Source: Rhizaria sp. SCN 62-66 (Eukaryota). Taken from it: a stretch of 64,000 bases of DNA. The notes under the pieces were generated by a model, which was not told where the DNA came from, did not search any database, and was given only the letters and a program-made list of their open reading frames with translations. Positions 15,001 through 27,800 of this stretch are shown here, piece by piece. Where the stretch lies: assembly GCA_001724265.1 (NCBI GenBank), contig MEDY01000101.1, forward strand, positions 62,001 to 126,000, written 5' to 3'. Position 1 is the first letter of the stretch; every line of letters starts with the position of its first letter. The position numbers and the translations under genes were made by a program.

Positions 15001-15214
15001 TTTATACAGGTTCAGTCGCTCATTCTGGAGGGGGCGTTAGTCAGGAAGTAAGAATATAGTCGTGAGAATTTGGGAGGCGTGTGGGAGTCGAGCAAGACAA
15101 TACATCGTGGGGAGAGAGAGCGCGTGGACGGACCAGAGTCATAAGAGAGCGGGATGTGGCGAGCAGCAGATCGATCGTTGTCACACTAAGACATTCGATC
15201 ATATTTGGCGCCAT
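1..15214 (-). CDS. Giant hypothetical protein (>5,035 codons, 3' end beyond window) with dispersed copies of a ~45-aa helical motif; one in-frame TAG at codon 59
   Basis: Exon 1 is 15214..15134 (MAPNMIECLSVTTIDLLLATSRSLMTL). The intron is 15133..15025 (GTCCGT...CTGACTAAC...CTCCAG, phase 0). Exon 2 starts at 15024 (NERLNLYKLCSVEDTVLVSACFQFEEDGNVP*FLDTLLSIARRR). After the TAG at 14931..14929 the frame appears open to position 1 (4,976 codons): the ORF track lists no terminated ORF in this frame, and spot translation gives Ala/Ser-rich protein-like sequence. No named domain recognised. Confidence 0.8.
14929..14931 (-). other. In-frame TAG inside a coding exon (candidate recoded/readthrough codon)
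   Basis: Minus strand reads AAC GTG CCC TAG TTC CTC GAC ACT. The position aligns with Glu in paralogous motif copies of the same protein. Confidence 0.65.
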
Positions 15215-15717
15215 TTTGCCTCGTAAAAGTGTTTTACTCTATATGGAAATGGGTCTTTGGAGGTGGACATAGGCACAGAGGGGAGCAAGCGTCAAGATAA
15301 GGTAAGGATTAGTTTGATGCAACACATGCAGTTGATGAAGAGCTGATGTTAAAGTATTATACATAAAAGTTAGATTCAAATACAAATAGCATGTGGTTAT
15401 GTGCATAGACGGAACAATTCCTGTTGCATTCAAATGCCTTTGGAGCCCGAGCCGAGCACACATTTTTCGATACAGCTTTTTATTTCTCTCCCGCTGCCGA
15501 TGCTGGTGGCGGAGGATGGGGGTCAAGCCGGCTTGCGCGGCATCAAACCCGTCATCAAACCTGTGCACCCCGTGCCCAAAAAGACAGTTGCAGGTAGAAA
15601 TAAATACTAGTATACGTTGACAGGCCAGCTTTATTTGAGCTCAGGCTTCATTCAATGAGGCGACTGCAAAGCTTATGTTCGCGAAGGCTGCCATTCAGCT
15701 CAGTAATGCTATTTAAT

Positions 15718-17290
15718 ATGACGGATGAAAGTCGTGCAAAGGACTCTATGACGAAAGAAGTTGTTAGCAGGCAGCAGCGCAGGTCAGCTATCGCAACAGC
15801 AAGGCGTTGTATGAGAAGACTTTTTGTCGGTAAAAACTGCTGAAGAGAAACTTTGTATTGCAATGAATAAGTTCGACCTTGCGAAGGCAGAGAGTGATGC
15901 AGCAAGATTTCAGTCCATTAAAACCGATGTTGGACTTGACATGCTGTGGGTGAATGAAGTAAGTCACCCGAAACGAGCGTTGGCGATACATGCTCACTCA
16001 AGTTACCGACTGGGCATTGTCAAAGCCTTGCTAGAAAAGTTCAAGCTGGGACAGTCGGATCCGGAAACGGAGCTTAAGACCTCAGAAGCGAGGCGTGGTA
16101 AGGCGTTCGCCGCCCTGGAGCCGCTAGGGTTTAAGAGAAGTTGGCTGAGCAAAGGTTCGCAAAATGTATTGATATATCTAAAGAAAACATGAGGTTTGCG
16201 CTTCAAGCAAACCTATGGAAGTATCTTAAGAGTCCTGCCAGCACTGGAAAATCGGCGGCACTGAACTATCTTGTGCAACTCGCGGCGAAGAACAAAGACG
16301 TAACTGTGCTCTGTCACTGGGGGGGCAGATGAAATGGCTCTTGCGCTGCATCCGAACAGCAACGCGAGCATTGTTCAGGTCGGTTCCGGCGATTTTTAGA
16401 TCCTCATTATGAGCTCCCGTACCTTGCATCTCTACGATCCTGTCTAGAACGGCCCCCAGAATCACAGCTACGTTCATGACAACGCCTCTATGTTTGTCAT
16501 GGCAACTACTCCAGATCGTAATAATCATGAATTGGTTTATTGTCAAAAAAGCAAAACTGGTTGCTGTTCGTTTGTCTACACCACCACCATGTGGACCGAA
16601 AACGAAATTCAAGAGGCCATGCCAATCATGAGTAAAGATCTCGGCTTAAAACCCGAAGATTGCATCGTCCCGTCTCAACATGACTGTTTTGCAACAGCAG
16701 TGAGTGAATACTACATGAAAGTCAGTGGGCATCTACGCATGCTTCAGTGGAAGCTACTGAGAAACAACCCAAACAGTGACAAAGATATTATTTACGCAAG
16801 CAATGCGGGTGAGTATGATCATATTTTTGACACGAAACGGTTTCGTGAACTGGCTAGAAACGTAACGACGAACGACTTTTTCATATTGAACCGCATTGTG
16901 ATTGGATTCACCGAGGCGCATCAAGACAAGATCATCATTACATCCCCTGCAACGGTACTCAACAGTGTGCTGAACTACGACAAAAGCTGTTCAGTCGAGA
17001 TGGACGGTGTCTGTGCCACTTCTGATGACGACACAATCGACTAGAGTTATGACAACGTGCATGTGCTGGACGCAAACATGTTCATCTCACCTCGCTTTAT
17101 CGACCACGTCAGCGATATGACGATTTGGAAGGAGCCGGCTTGTCGTCTCACATCACCGATGGTTCTTGATATTCTCCATGACATCGCGGGACAAAGCGGT
17201 GTTGAAAGGATGTTCTATGATTTGGTTAACTTCATTTACAGGCCATTCAGTTACAGGCCATTAACAAGGAAGTCTGACTCATACTTTTAA
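15718..17290 (+). pseudogene. Crinkler/RHS-type (CR) P-loop NTPase locus, frameshifted, with three in-frame TAGs
   Basis: Walker A-like YLKSPASTGKSAALNYL (SPASTGKS at 16231-16254). After removing one G from the G7 run at 16319-16325 the frame continues with a Walker B-like TLHLYDP, then FVMATTPDRNNH, YTTTMWTENEI and YYMKVSGHLRML. This order resembles the hhhD / hhhSP / YMPxWxxxE / GGxPR motifs of CRN/RHS NTPases. Further frameshifts occur near 15821-15825 and ~16140. The locus is less GC-rich than its neighbours. Confidence 0.6.
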
Positions 17291-18680
17291 AAATCAACGC
17301 AATAACATCAACATTTCATCCAATGTGCGCAAAATTTACATTCGGTATAAAAATAGGTGGATGTATGAGACGCAGTATGATCACACCATGAAGACAATTC
17401 TGGATGTTGCCAATTTCATGTCATAGCCGAGCAAGTGAGTCACTTGAGCTATAAGCTTAACAACAGAAAACGTATAACATACACATTGAGACATAAGGCC
17501 ATGAAGAAATAGAGCACATAAGCCATAAACTACCATTGATACTATTCAGCAACATCGTTGATCAAATAAGACAGCGTCTAAGTCATTTGAAGACAACGTG
17601 CAGCTGAAGCAGCAATTACAGTCACTGTCACTCTGGCAAGAACACATCCAGACTCACCCCAAAAAAATCAACAACAACGAAAAGAAAAATGAGTAGAATA
17701 AAGAAAATCAAATTAATAAACAGGATCACATCAGCCAAAGATATGGCCATCACGGATGATGTTGCGAAATCTTTTAAGCAAGATATATCGACAACATAAT
17801 CACTTCACTTCACATTGATTGTTCACATTGCTCACATCACATCACGTGTCGCGTGTCATATGCCACATTGAGCCTATAACATTAGTATGCGTTGCCTTGC
17901 AAGCACGCACACCTCACTTTGACTAAACGAAAACATCTAGACGTGGTAACTAAAACAAATAAGAATCCGAATTTGCGTCTGCCAACAATAGGCAGGTGCA
18001 AATACGTAAAATGGACTTTTGAATATGGTGTAAAATAACAAACAGAAACAAAACAAACAAGAACATGATACTTCTAAAAAGAAGTACAGTGTCGGGTTGC
18101 CATGTGAAAAACGAATAGTGTAGGCGGCATAAAGAAATGAAGCTTATGAAAGAGTTTCAAAAAGGGCAAAACATGGTGTGCCGCGAAAAGCTTTGCTAAG
18201 TTATTGTGCGGGAATCGGAGGTGATAGAATTGGAGGCGAGCACACATGTTAGTTTAGAACTTGAATCATTCAAGAAATGTTTAGAGTTGATGGTGGTGCT
18301 AAAAAAGTAAGAAACAACTCGATGGAGTTTGGGGATTTGATGTAGTATTATAAGACTTATGGTTGAATTGAATGGTAGTTAAGATTAACTGGAAGGAGGT
18401 CTTAGTGTGCACATCAAGAACATGAAATAACAACGGATGGTGATATTTCATGCAACTGATCAAGCTGGACATATCAGCAATCCACATATCGTCGTGATTC
18501 TGTGAAGCTAAAGTCTGCGTAACGTGCGTATGTTTTGAGAAACGAAGCACACATTTGTTAATACGACAGCCAAGAAACAACATGCTTACATGTTGATTGA
18601 TATGATACTGGGCAGCAAGATATTGCTTAGATAGCGAATGAACACAACTAATTTGGGAATAAACAAATCATACGCAGGAG

Positions 18681-18705
18681 AAAAAAAAAAAAAAAAAAAA
18701 AAAAA
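18681..18705 (+). repeat. A25 homopolymer (T25 on the minus strand, just downstream of the polycystin-like gene)
   Basis: 25 consecutive A's in AT-rich intergenic or 3'UTR sequence; a second, shorter A run lies near 18769-18777. Confidence 0.9.
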
Positions 18706-18872
18706 GCGCAACGAAGCTATGTAATCATGTACCGCTGCAGTTTGAAAAACAAAATAAAACGAACCAACAAAAAAAAACACGAATTAAAAGGAAAAATGAA
18801 TCAGTGGAATATATGTCCAAAAGCGAGGTAGTTTGGCGAGTTCGCAGGGGGGGACCAATAGTCGCGAATGGT

Positions 18873-21800
18873 TCAGAACCTGTACGTCTCATCACCAGCA
18901 CTACCGTTACAGCCGTTGTCATCGCCGTCATCATGCTCATAATCAACATGAAACTGAACATGTTCGACATCCGCAGACTCTTCGTGCGTGTCCCAACTCG
19001 CTCCAACGCGCGCAGCGGCACCGTCGGCACTGTGGAGAAACTGGGTGCTTGAGGAGGTATGACATAGGCCCGGTGCGAGCGTATGTCCATCACCATCACC
19101 ATCGTCACCGTCGTCGTCGTGACTATCAGCGTGTGTCGGGATATCCGCGTAGTCTTGGAAGAACACACGCGGTTGCACAGTCACAGCGTCCGTAAGATAG
19201 CGATTGCTCACACCAACAGGGCGAGTGCTGCTGTTGTTTGGCTGACTTGGAGATGGTGTGGAGTTCACTAATGCGGCGTTCGTCTGAGCATGAGTTGTTG
19301 CGACAGGGGCAGGATAGTGGGAAAGCTGATCATACGCAGTCTCAATCAAGTGAGTGTGAGCTTCATGGCTGTGACTGCTGCTACTATGGACTAATGCAAT
19401 CGGTGCGTACATTGAACCATAGCAGGAACCAGAACCAGATTCAGAGCCGGGCGCAGCGACAGAAAAGCCAAAGCCCGCAAACTGCGTGTTTGATGTCGAT
19501 GGAGACGGATCGACACAAACCGCGGCGCCGTCTCCACCAATGGTCGACGCTGCAACAGCACTCCCGACGACGCTCGCGCTCAAGCTTCCACCGTCGCCAT
19601 TGCTCGCAAGAGGGTCACGCACGTGCGGGATCAGGATAGGAGGTGGAACACGAGAGCGGAACGCTTGAAGCCGCGCTTCAGTTGTACGGTTGTCGATGCT
19701 ATCCGACGACATCTCGCGCTTTGCCAGCTGTGTAAGGTTGGAGAACGACCTAGGCACGAGCACTGCCGCGGGCGGGGGGGTAGACGCGGCAAGTTGAGAT
19801 GGCGGGGGCGTCACAGCTCTAGCTGGAATCAGCGTGGGCGAATCATCGACTGATGGTGACGAGGAAGCAAGTGCTGTGCCATGACCCGTAGTGGTAGTAA
19901 GTGACACAGGTCCCAGCAGAGGGGAAAAAGTTGGAAGCTCAAGAATACAGTCGTCGGAAGCAAGAACACTTCGGCGGTTCTTCCTCTGTTTCTCAAGCGG
20001 ATCTGGTTGGTGAGACAAAGTACTGCCCTCTGTCGAATCGCCAGCGTGCCTGCTCGGTTGTGTCGCGAAGAGGTTCAAGCTGCTCGCAGGAGCTGAGCGC
20101 ATCAGGCGGCGCATCGGAGTTCCACGGCTGACAGTCAGTGTCGCGCCTTCGGTTTTCTCACGGCGGTCAACACGCTGATCACGGTCAGGGCGGTCGGTGC
20201 GGTCGAGCTCACGCTCGCGGGGCGCGGCGGAAACAACGCGGCCGGCAAGTGGAGAAACCAGGGAACGCCCGGGTTGAACTGGGGTAGGCTCGAGGTAGCG
20301 CCGCCTAGTCTCAGGGGAAGCCTGTGAAGTGTTATCGAAACAAACATCTTTCTGAATCGTAAGTGTCGGCTTTGAGCTCGTAAAATACTCAGAGATCTTG
20401 GCATTTTCCACAATTGAAAAGCGACGGCTGGACTGAAGTTTCGGCATTGCAAGATAGCGAGTCGACTTGTTCTTACACCGATCGAGTAACAACAACTTGG
20501 CAAAAAAGATACAGCAAGAGCGCACAAATGCGAGGACAGGACCCGTGACAAGAGCGTCAAGCAAGCATGAGAGAAGCGTTGCGATCAGCCAATCACGTAT
20601 CGCACTAGAGTCCAAGCGCGAGATCTCCATGCCCATCAGGAATGTCACCAAAATAGCACCCATTGTGATAAACACAGCGAGGATAATACCGACCAGCCGC
20701 CAGCCGCGCGGGAAGCGCTGTGCAGTCGTGCGACGGTGGTATTGAGCTACAACAAGATCTGGTGATAGCGCAACGTGCGTGCGCAGCAAGAGCCGCAGCA
20801 CAGCTTCATCACGCTCCACGCACGACGGCTCTGTGTACGTGGGTGGAACACCCCAGGTGGGGTAACCGAGCATGCTCAGCATGCGCGGGTGCAAAACAGA
20901 GGTCGCAGCTGTGTTGGCGGTGCTCCCAGTACCTGAGGTTGACTCCGGTAACTGAAGCGTTGACGATTGCGCAGTCGCGATCTCATTGCCCGCAGTATGA
21001 TTGGACGATGACTGATGAGTGCCTTCGGGCGTTGTCGTGACGACAGCTGCGCAGTCCCAAAGAGCAATCTGCGAGATAAGCGGGATAAACTCGTCAAGTC
21101 CTGGGGATTTCTCTGCCGCAATGCTGCGCCAGTCGCAGCGTGAAATGAATCCAGAACGGCCAGTAGCATGAAAAAATGCGACGTGCTCAGCGTAGAAGTA
21201 TATAAACCGTTTGAGCCGGTCATTAGTCGCGGAGTCGAAAATGTAATTCATCAAAGAACCAACAAAGAACATCGCAACAGCGCATATACCAGAGACAACG
21301 TACAAAGCCTCAGGGTTCTGATCAGAGAAAAAGATAGCCGCCGTGGCGAGTGCAATGAGAATGTCGAGGAACGCGATGTAGGTACGCGCTTGAGAGTCGA
21401 AATTGTCGGTCGTGGGACGGAAGAAAATACTCAACCAATTATGGTCGCGGCGTTGTGCAACAAAGTAGCGACGCATAATAAAGCGGAACGTACTGGCATC
21501 AGCAGGGATTTGATATTCGTCCTCACGAGTAAGAAGAGCTTGTGATGACGGATGCCAGCCCTTCAGCAACTTGCGGATTCCCTTCTCGTCAAACTTACGG
21601 TCGATGATGTTTGCAAGCAGCACGCAGATGACGGTAACCGCGATCCAAGTCGACAACGCGATAACGGGTGCCGGGTAACGCGAGAGCTCGCTCCATGTGA
21701 TCTTTGTGAAAGAATCGCTGTCAAGCTTTGTGAACGACGGGGCAAAGTACTTCGGGGAGAAACGGATCGAAAAAAGTGTCAGATGGTTGCACTTGCACAC

Positions 21801-24800
21801 GGTGCTTAGAGCGGTAACTGCGTGCACGCCGCAACCGACACCGGACCACGCCTTCTTCTCAGGGTCATAAAATTGGCACACAGTCGTGTAATTAACTGGG
21901 GTCGTAGAATGGGGCAGATGGATGAAAACCAAGTCGGTAGACTCGACATCAGTCTCAGGTGAGAATGTGGCGTTCGTCGATACCCCAGAGCTATTAGTGC
22001 TGACAACAGGCGTCGCGAGAGCAACAGAAAGCGGTGAAGCGTCAGAGAACAGCGACAAACCCGCTGCTCCACTGGGGTGATAACCCAGAAGCGACGTGGT
22101 ATTATCCATGAATTGCGTGTCAGTGACGACAAGCGAGTCAGCACCAAAGAGGCTCGTCGCGCCGTCAGTTGCGGAGTCACTAAGTGTGACACTAACAGCA
22201 TCAATCGCCTCGAGGCCCGCCGCGAAGTGTGATTGTAACACGCTGCGGGGCAAGTAGAACTGAGGCAGAGTCGCATCATCAGTAGATTGCACGCCCCACT
22301 CAACTGTGTGGTGTGCCATTGCGTTGGGAATCACGGAGGAAGAGGATGTAGTCCGTGCAGACCACGTGAAGGTCGCACTGCGCAGACCTGCTGTACGACG
22401 AGCCTTAAGATCAAAGAACACTGCATCGGGACGAGTAGACAATGTGTTAAAGCCAACGACATTCTCCCCCTTAGCGTCATTGGTACCCGAAACAGCTGAA
22501 ACCTGCGGTGTGAGAGTAAAGAACGAGCTAAGGTCAGTCGCGACGCGGGTCGCAGTGTATGCGAGAGCGCCCGAAGCCACAGTGACAGGATCCTCTGAAG
22601 GCATAACACCATAGAGCGCCGATGCAGCAACGGCGCCTTCGCGCGAGGACGCAGCATCCGCAGGGCTGGTCTTGGTGAGCACAGCAGCAGCACGCTGAGA
22701 ATTTGCGGCTGCAAGGTGAACTGCGGCAGCAACTGATGCGGACATCACGCCGAGACGCGCGTCGACAAATGAGCTCAAATGGGCAAAACCCTGGCCAAAT
22801 GCAAGTGAGTACAGCTCCGTAGGTAGGTAATCAATCATCATTGCTGCAAGCAAAATAATGTTTTCGCTACCAACAGAGTAGACAACAGGATTGCGCACCT
22901 GCTTAGCAACCGCATCAGCGACAACAGCGCGGTCGGCGTGGCCAAGCAGAGCGTTCGCAGCACGATCTTCGTTTTCTGTGGCGACCATTGCGTTCTTAAC
23001 AGAGTCGGATACGAGTGCAGAGAAGGCGTCGGCCATGAGAGTCACATCATTCACACCGGCTGAGTCGGCACCGGGGCCAGCGCTCGCACTGGCCTCAGCG
23101 CGCGCAGCATGAGAGAAGGCAATGAAGTACTGCACGCAGGCAGGGCCATTGCCACGACTGGCGGCACGGGTAGCAAGCGCAAGATACTGTTGTGCTGTCA
23201 GAGACGCACCTTGAACAGTAATGGGAACAGTGATAAGAGAGGACGCGCCAAAAAGATCAACGATCTCAACTGACAGTGAAGTCGTTGTGTTATACACAGC
23301 AAGTGAAACTGTGTGCGTGACATCGATAGCAGCGAGCAGCATTTGTGACGGGAGCACGGCAGGTCCACTAATCGTGTCAAACATCCAACGATACCGCAAG
23401 GGCGCACCGTCCACATTTTCGGGTTCGTATCCAACGCAACGCACCAGAGTCAGCCCTTCAGCAATTGACTCAAGCAAGGACTCGTCATCACCCACGTCAG
23501 CCAAGGTGAGTTGCGTACACGCGCCGCCGGAGGGCCCACGTTCGGTTTCGACCACAAGCACGCGCGAACTAGTTTCACCAGGCAGTGGACCCGGAGTGCG
23601 CGTTGAAAGATACGCCGTGTCAAGCAGGTCAGCGGGTGGCAGAGCGTCAGGCGCAACTCCTGCGGTATCACCAAAGACTGAAAGACGGAACACAAGACGC
23701 GTGCCGGCGGGAATCGTTGCGGGCAGCTTCAGAGAGAGCGACGGACCAGTGAGCGCAGAGAGCAGAACGCCTGAAGCGAAGATGTCAAGCGCAGACTGCG
23801 ACTCACACGTCCACAGAAGAGCGTAGTGCTGCGTCGGTGAAGTGACACTCGCGTGGAGACGTAACGGAGAGCGCGTGGGGTCGCGAACCACGTGCACGGT
23901 CGTTACAGTACTAGTGATGGCGTCGCGTTCCACAGAGACATCAGCAACCGCTGACGCCACGGTGGGGAACGCAGCAAACGCTTGTGCAGACAGGATATCG
24001 ACACGCGCGCAGACAGACGACGTACGCGCAGAGCCTAACGGATCAGAAGGTGCAGTAACCGTCAGCGTGAACAGAAGCGACGACGTCTCAGCCGAGTCCA
24101 CCGTTGCTGCAAACGAAGCCAGGTCAGGCGCCGGGATGTGGAGCAGACCGTCAGCGGCAGAAGTCGCGGTGGTCATGGCAGACGTGATGGCAGTGCCGCA
24201 GCCTGTGGTCGTAGTAGCAACGAGATCAGTGTGCTTAACAGCGGCGCAGCTCCAGGAGAACGAGAGGCCATCAGTCGTCACATCAGTTGACCCAGTGATA
24301 ACAGCATCGGAGTCAGGATCGTTAGAAAGCGCACTATACAAGGCAAGAGAAGGCAGCGTTGTCGCTGTGCCACCAGCCACCGTCGCGAGAGCAGTGACAG
24401 GGATGTTCGCCGCAGCGTTCGCAGGCGTGGCGGTGTTGGTGGTCGCATAGACGGCCTGACCGACAGCAGCCCCGCTGCCAACGCGATACTTAGATGTACT
24501 GATCTGCGCCAACAGCGGAGTCGCAACAACGCTCAAAGTCACATCCGCCGTCGCAGTGGCCGTGGCACCGCCATCAACACGCTCAGTCGCAGTCAGACGG
24601 AGCACGTAGCGAGACGATGTTGCCAAAGTGCGCGCGGGCAGGGTAAGCCACTGCGCTGTGATCGTGGCGTTCGAAAGAGGTGACGCCAGAGCAGCAGGCT
24701 CAGTTGATACCAGGGACCACAGTGAAGTGACCGCAACAGCAGCATCTGCAGCAGCGCAGCCGCTCGGTGAAACCGTGGCTTGCACGCCAGTGGCTGCACT

Positions 24801-27800
24801 GCGGCGAGTGGACACGACGCGCACACCTAAAGCCGCATCGAACACGCCGGAGAGAACCGTGATGACGGGCGCGGCGGAGACAGAGAGGACAAGCGTCTCG
24901 GCAGTCGCGGTGCGGCCGAGCCAGTCTGTGGCAGTGACGCGCACGCGGTGCGGCTCCGCGGAGACGGGCAGCACATTCGCAACATTCGCACGCGGAATGC
25001 GTACACGCGCATGAGGTGCAGGCGAGAGCAGTGACGTAAAGGCCTGAGTGGTGTTCACGGCGGCAAGCGAATTCATTAATACGGCGAAAGCATTCGCAGC
25101 AGATTCATGGCCAGTGGCTGGAATCAATGTAAACGAATATGCGAGAATGTTACCAAAGCGCGCAAACGAAGCTGATGCATCTAAGACGACGTCTGCGCAC
25201 GCGCCGACTTGTGCAGGAGCAGTGAGACGGGCCTCAACAGCCGTGCGCACGGGGGGCGTAGCGGGTGCCGTCAGCAAGGCTGACGAAGTCTGCATCGGCG
25301 TGAGCTGTGCGGTGACGACAGCCAGTGGATACTCAGCGGTATCAAGCGCTGGAATGATCGCAGCGCTCTTAAAATTGATCACGTTTGAGTACTCATCAGC
25401 ACCAGCGGTGTACAGCCCCGCGACGGAGATGCGCAACAAGTGCGAGGTCGGCAGCGTGATGACGAACCGCGTGGCAGACGACCACATACACACAGCATCA
25501 GTACCAATGTGCGTCAAGAGATCATCAGCAGCAACCACAGCCGCGCAATTCTGGGTAGAAGCAGTGCTAGCAGTAGGCGTGGGCGCAACGATGGAAGTCG
25601 AGAAGATGACCTCGACAACGCGGCCCTGTGGGGTGAACCGCGCTACTGTGACCGCAGGCACGGGAGTGCAGTAAACGGCAGCGGGAGCAGACCAGATTCC
25701 GTCAGAACCACACTGGGGCAGCGTCGCGCCAACGTAGAGCGAGTAACCAGCACTACAAGTGACAGATGTAACCGTCGTGCCAACGAGGTAGCCGCCAAGA
25801 ACGGCATTAATAGGAGCGGAGTATGTCGCACTGTCACCATGTGGCAGTGTGAACTCGCCGCAAGACGGGCTCGCGGCACACGTAAAGCTGGTGGCGACCT
25901 CGGCACCGGTCAATGCCGCGCCAGCGAAGGTGCCGTCTTGCGCCGTAAAGCGCCACGCACCGCTGCTGCTCGCAGGATCGGTATGGTCGCACGTGTACCG
26001 CAGCGGGAGATTACCAGCATCAACGGCGACGCCGCCAACGTAGACGGAGTGTGTCGTCGCAGCACAGCCGACAGTCCAGGTGGCGCCGACACTCGCGAGT
26101 CTGCCAGCGGGCGCTGTGGTGTCGCCAAGATAGTTGTGTTGCTCAGTTGAGTTACCAACAGTAACAGCCGCCGTCGCGCAAGTAGCCGCAGCGCAGAGCA
26201 GCGAGTCGCCCGCAGTGACTTTCTGCCACACGGCAGTCGCGGAAGCGTCGTCGTAGGCGCACACGATGCGCTGCGAGCCGTCAGCGGAGAGCGACGAGTA
26301 GAAGCCCGCCTTGCACACGGCGCTATACGTGTTTCCGTAGGAGAACTCAGCACCCTGAAGCGGCGTCACTGCAAGCGTGACCGTGGGTGACGCGTTGACG
26401 TCGAGTAGTGTCGCTGTGTCAGGCGCGCCGCAGTCAGCGTTGAAACAGCCCAGTGATGACGTTGACCATTGAGCATCGACGGCACCGCATGTCGCCGTGA
26501 CGATACCGCCAATCGGGAAATCGCTCCCGTTGCTACAAGTGAGCGTGGCGACAACACCAGCCGTCGTCACAGAACCGTCGCCGCTGTACGTGATCGTACT
26601 GAGCAAAGGGTTACGGGGTGTGAATGGACCGCAGTCGGCCAGGCACAGAACCGCGTCTGCAGCAGTAAGGCTGCCACTGAACCAGTCCCAGTACGGCGCT
26701 GCAGCCGCATCAGTGGCGTTGGCAACGCACGTGGCCACACCGCCCGTGGGTGACAGTGCCACGTTCAGCGGGTGTGTTGCAGTGCAAGTAACGGCCGCTG
26801 TGGAGCCGATACGAGTAAAGCCATCGTCTGAGTAGACGACAGAACCCTGGGTCACATCAGCTCCAAGAGTTGCGAAGTCGGCGCATGGGAGAGCGCATGG
26901 CAGAGCGGTGTTGCCAGACACGAGCTGCCACGTCGGCAACTGGGTAACGGAGTCAGCAACGCACTCGTACTCGGTTTGTGCATCTGCAGCGTTGGGCAAG
27001 GCGGGGTACGAACCGCTACCGCACAGCATCGACGCAGAAGTGCCGATAGCGTAGCCGCCCACGGGAGCGGCGGACGCAAACTGCAGACCGGTGGGCGGGG
27101 TGACGCAGTTGAGCGCGACGCACGAGAGTGCGTAGTCAGCGGCAGGAACCCACGAGGGCTGGAAACCACTGGAGAGAGTGCACGTTGCAATACCGGTATC
27201 GATGCCGGCGTCCGCAGGCTCGTAGCCGGGCGCGCATGTGATCTCGAGATCCGTGGTACGGGGAATAGCTGGGTCCGCCGGAGTGATCAATGGCTCAGTG
27301 CCAGGGTACAGTGCAACGAAATCAGCCACTGTGCAACTGCCGTAGCAGGAGCCAGTATTGCTATCAGAGGAGCTTGGCAGAACCCATAGCGCGGGTCCAA
27401 CGCTGTCATCATCAAGACAAGTGAAATAAGATTCTAAAGGGTCATCAAATGTGTGTCCAGCTGTCACGCACCCGCAGGAGAGAGCAGTACCAAGAGGGTA
27501 GACCGCCACAGACGAGGGGTTCGCACCGGATGAGAGAACAGAGACCGTTGTGGCATCGTAGTCATCGCACGTCACGGTTTGCGCAGTATCACCGTCAACA
27601 GAGCGAGGAAGGCATGCCTTCTCGCATGTAAAGTTAGCAGCAGTCCACGTCAGGTCTGACTGGCAGCGTACCGTCGCAGGGCCGTTAAATACATAATAGT
27701 CTGTATCACATGCAAACGTTGCAGTCGCGCCAACGCCAAGGTCGCCGCGGCCGTTGTTTGTCAGCTCAAACTCTGCGAGCGTGTTCGTAGGAGGGGTAGG

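Noticed and set aside
18-15051. Dozens of 60-330 aa ORFs on the plus strand and alternate minus frames
   Set aside because: They are shadows of the single long minus-strand frame. GC-rich coding DNA is stop-poor in other frames and the translations are Arg/Cys/Ala-rich noise.
17236-17262. Direct repeat TTACAGGCCATT x2 (15-bp period)
   Set aside because: Only two copies, consistent with a local in-frame tandem duplication. Not a CRISPR array and not a demonstrable target-site duplication.
17370-18872. AT-rich 1.5-kb spacer with TCACAT-like microrepeats and A runs; possible retroelement tail
   Set aside because: No ORF, terminal repeats or target-site duplication found. Best explained as convergent 3'UTR/intergenic DNA.
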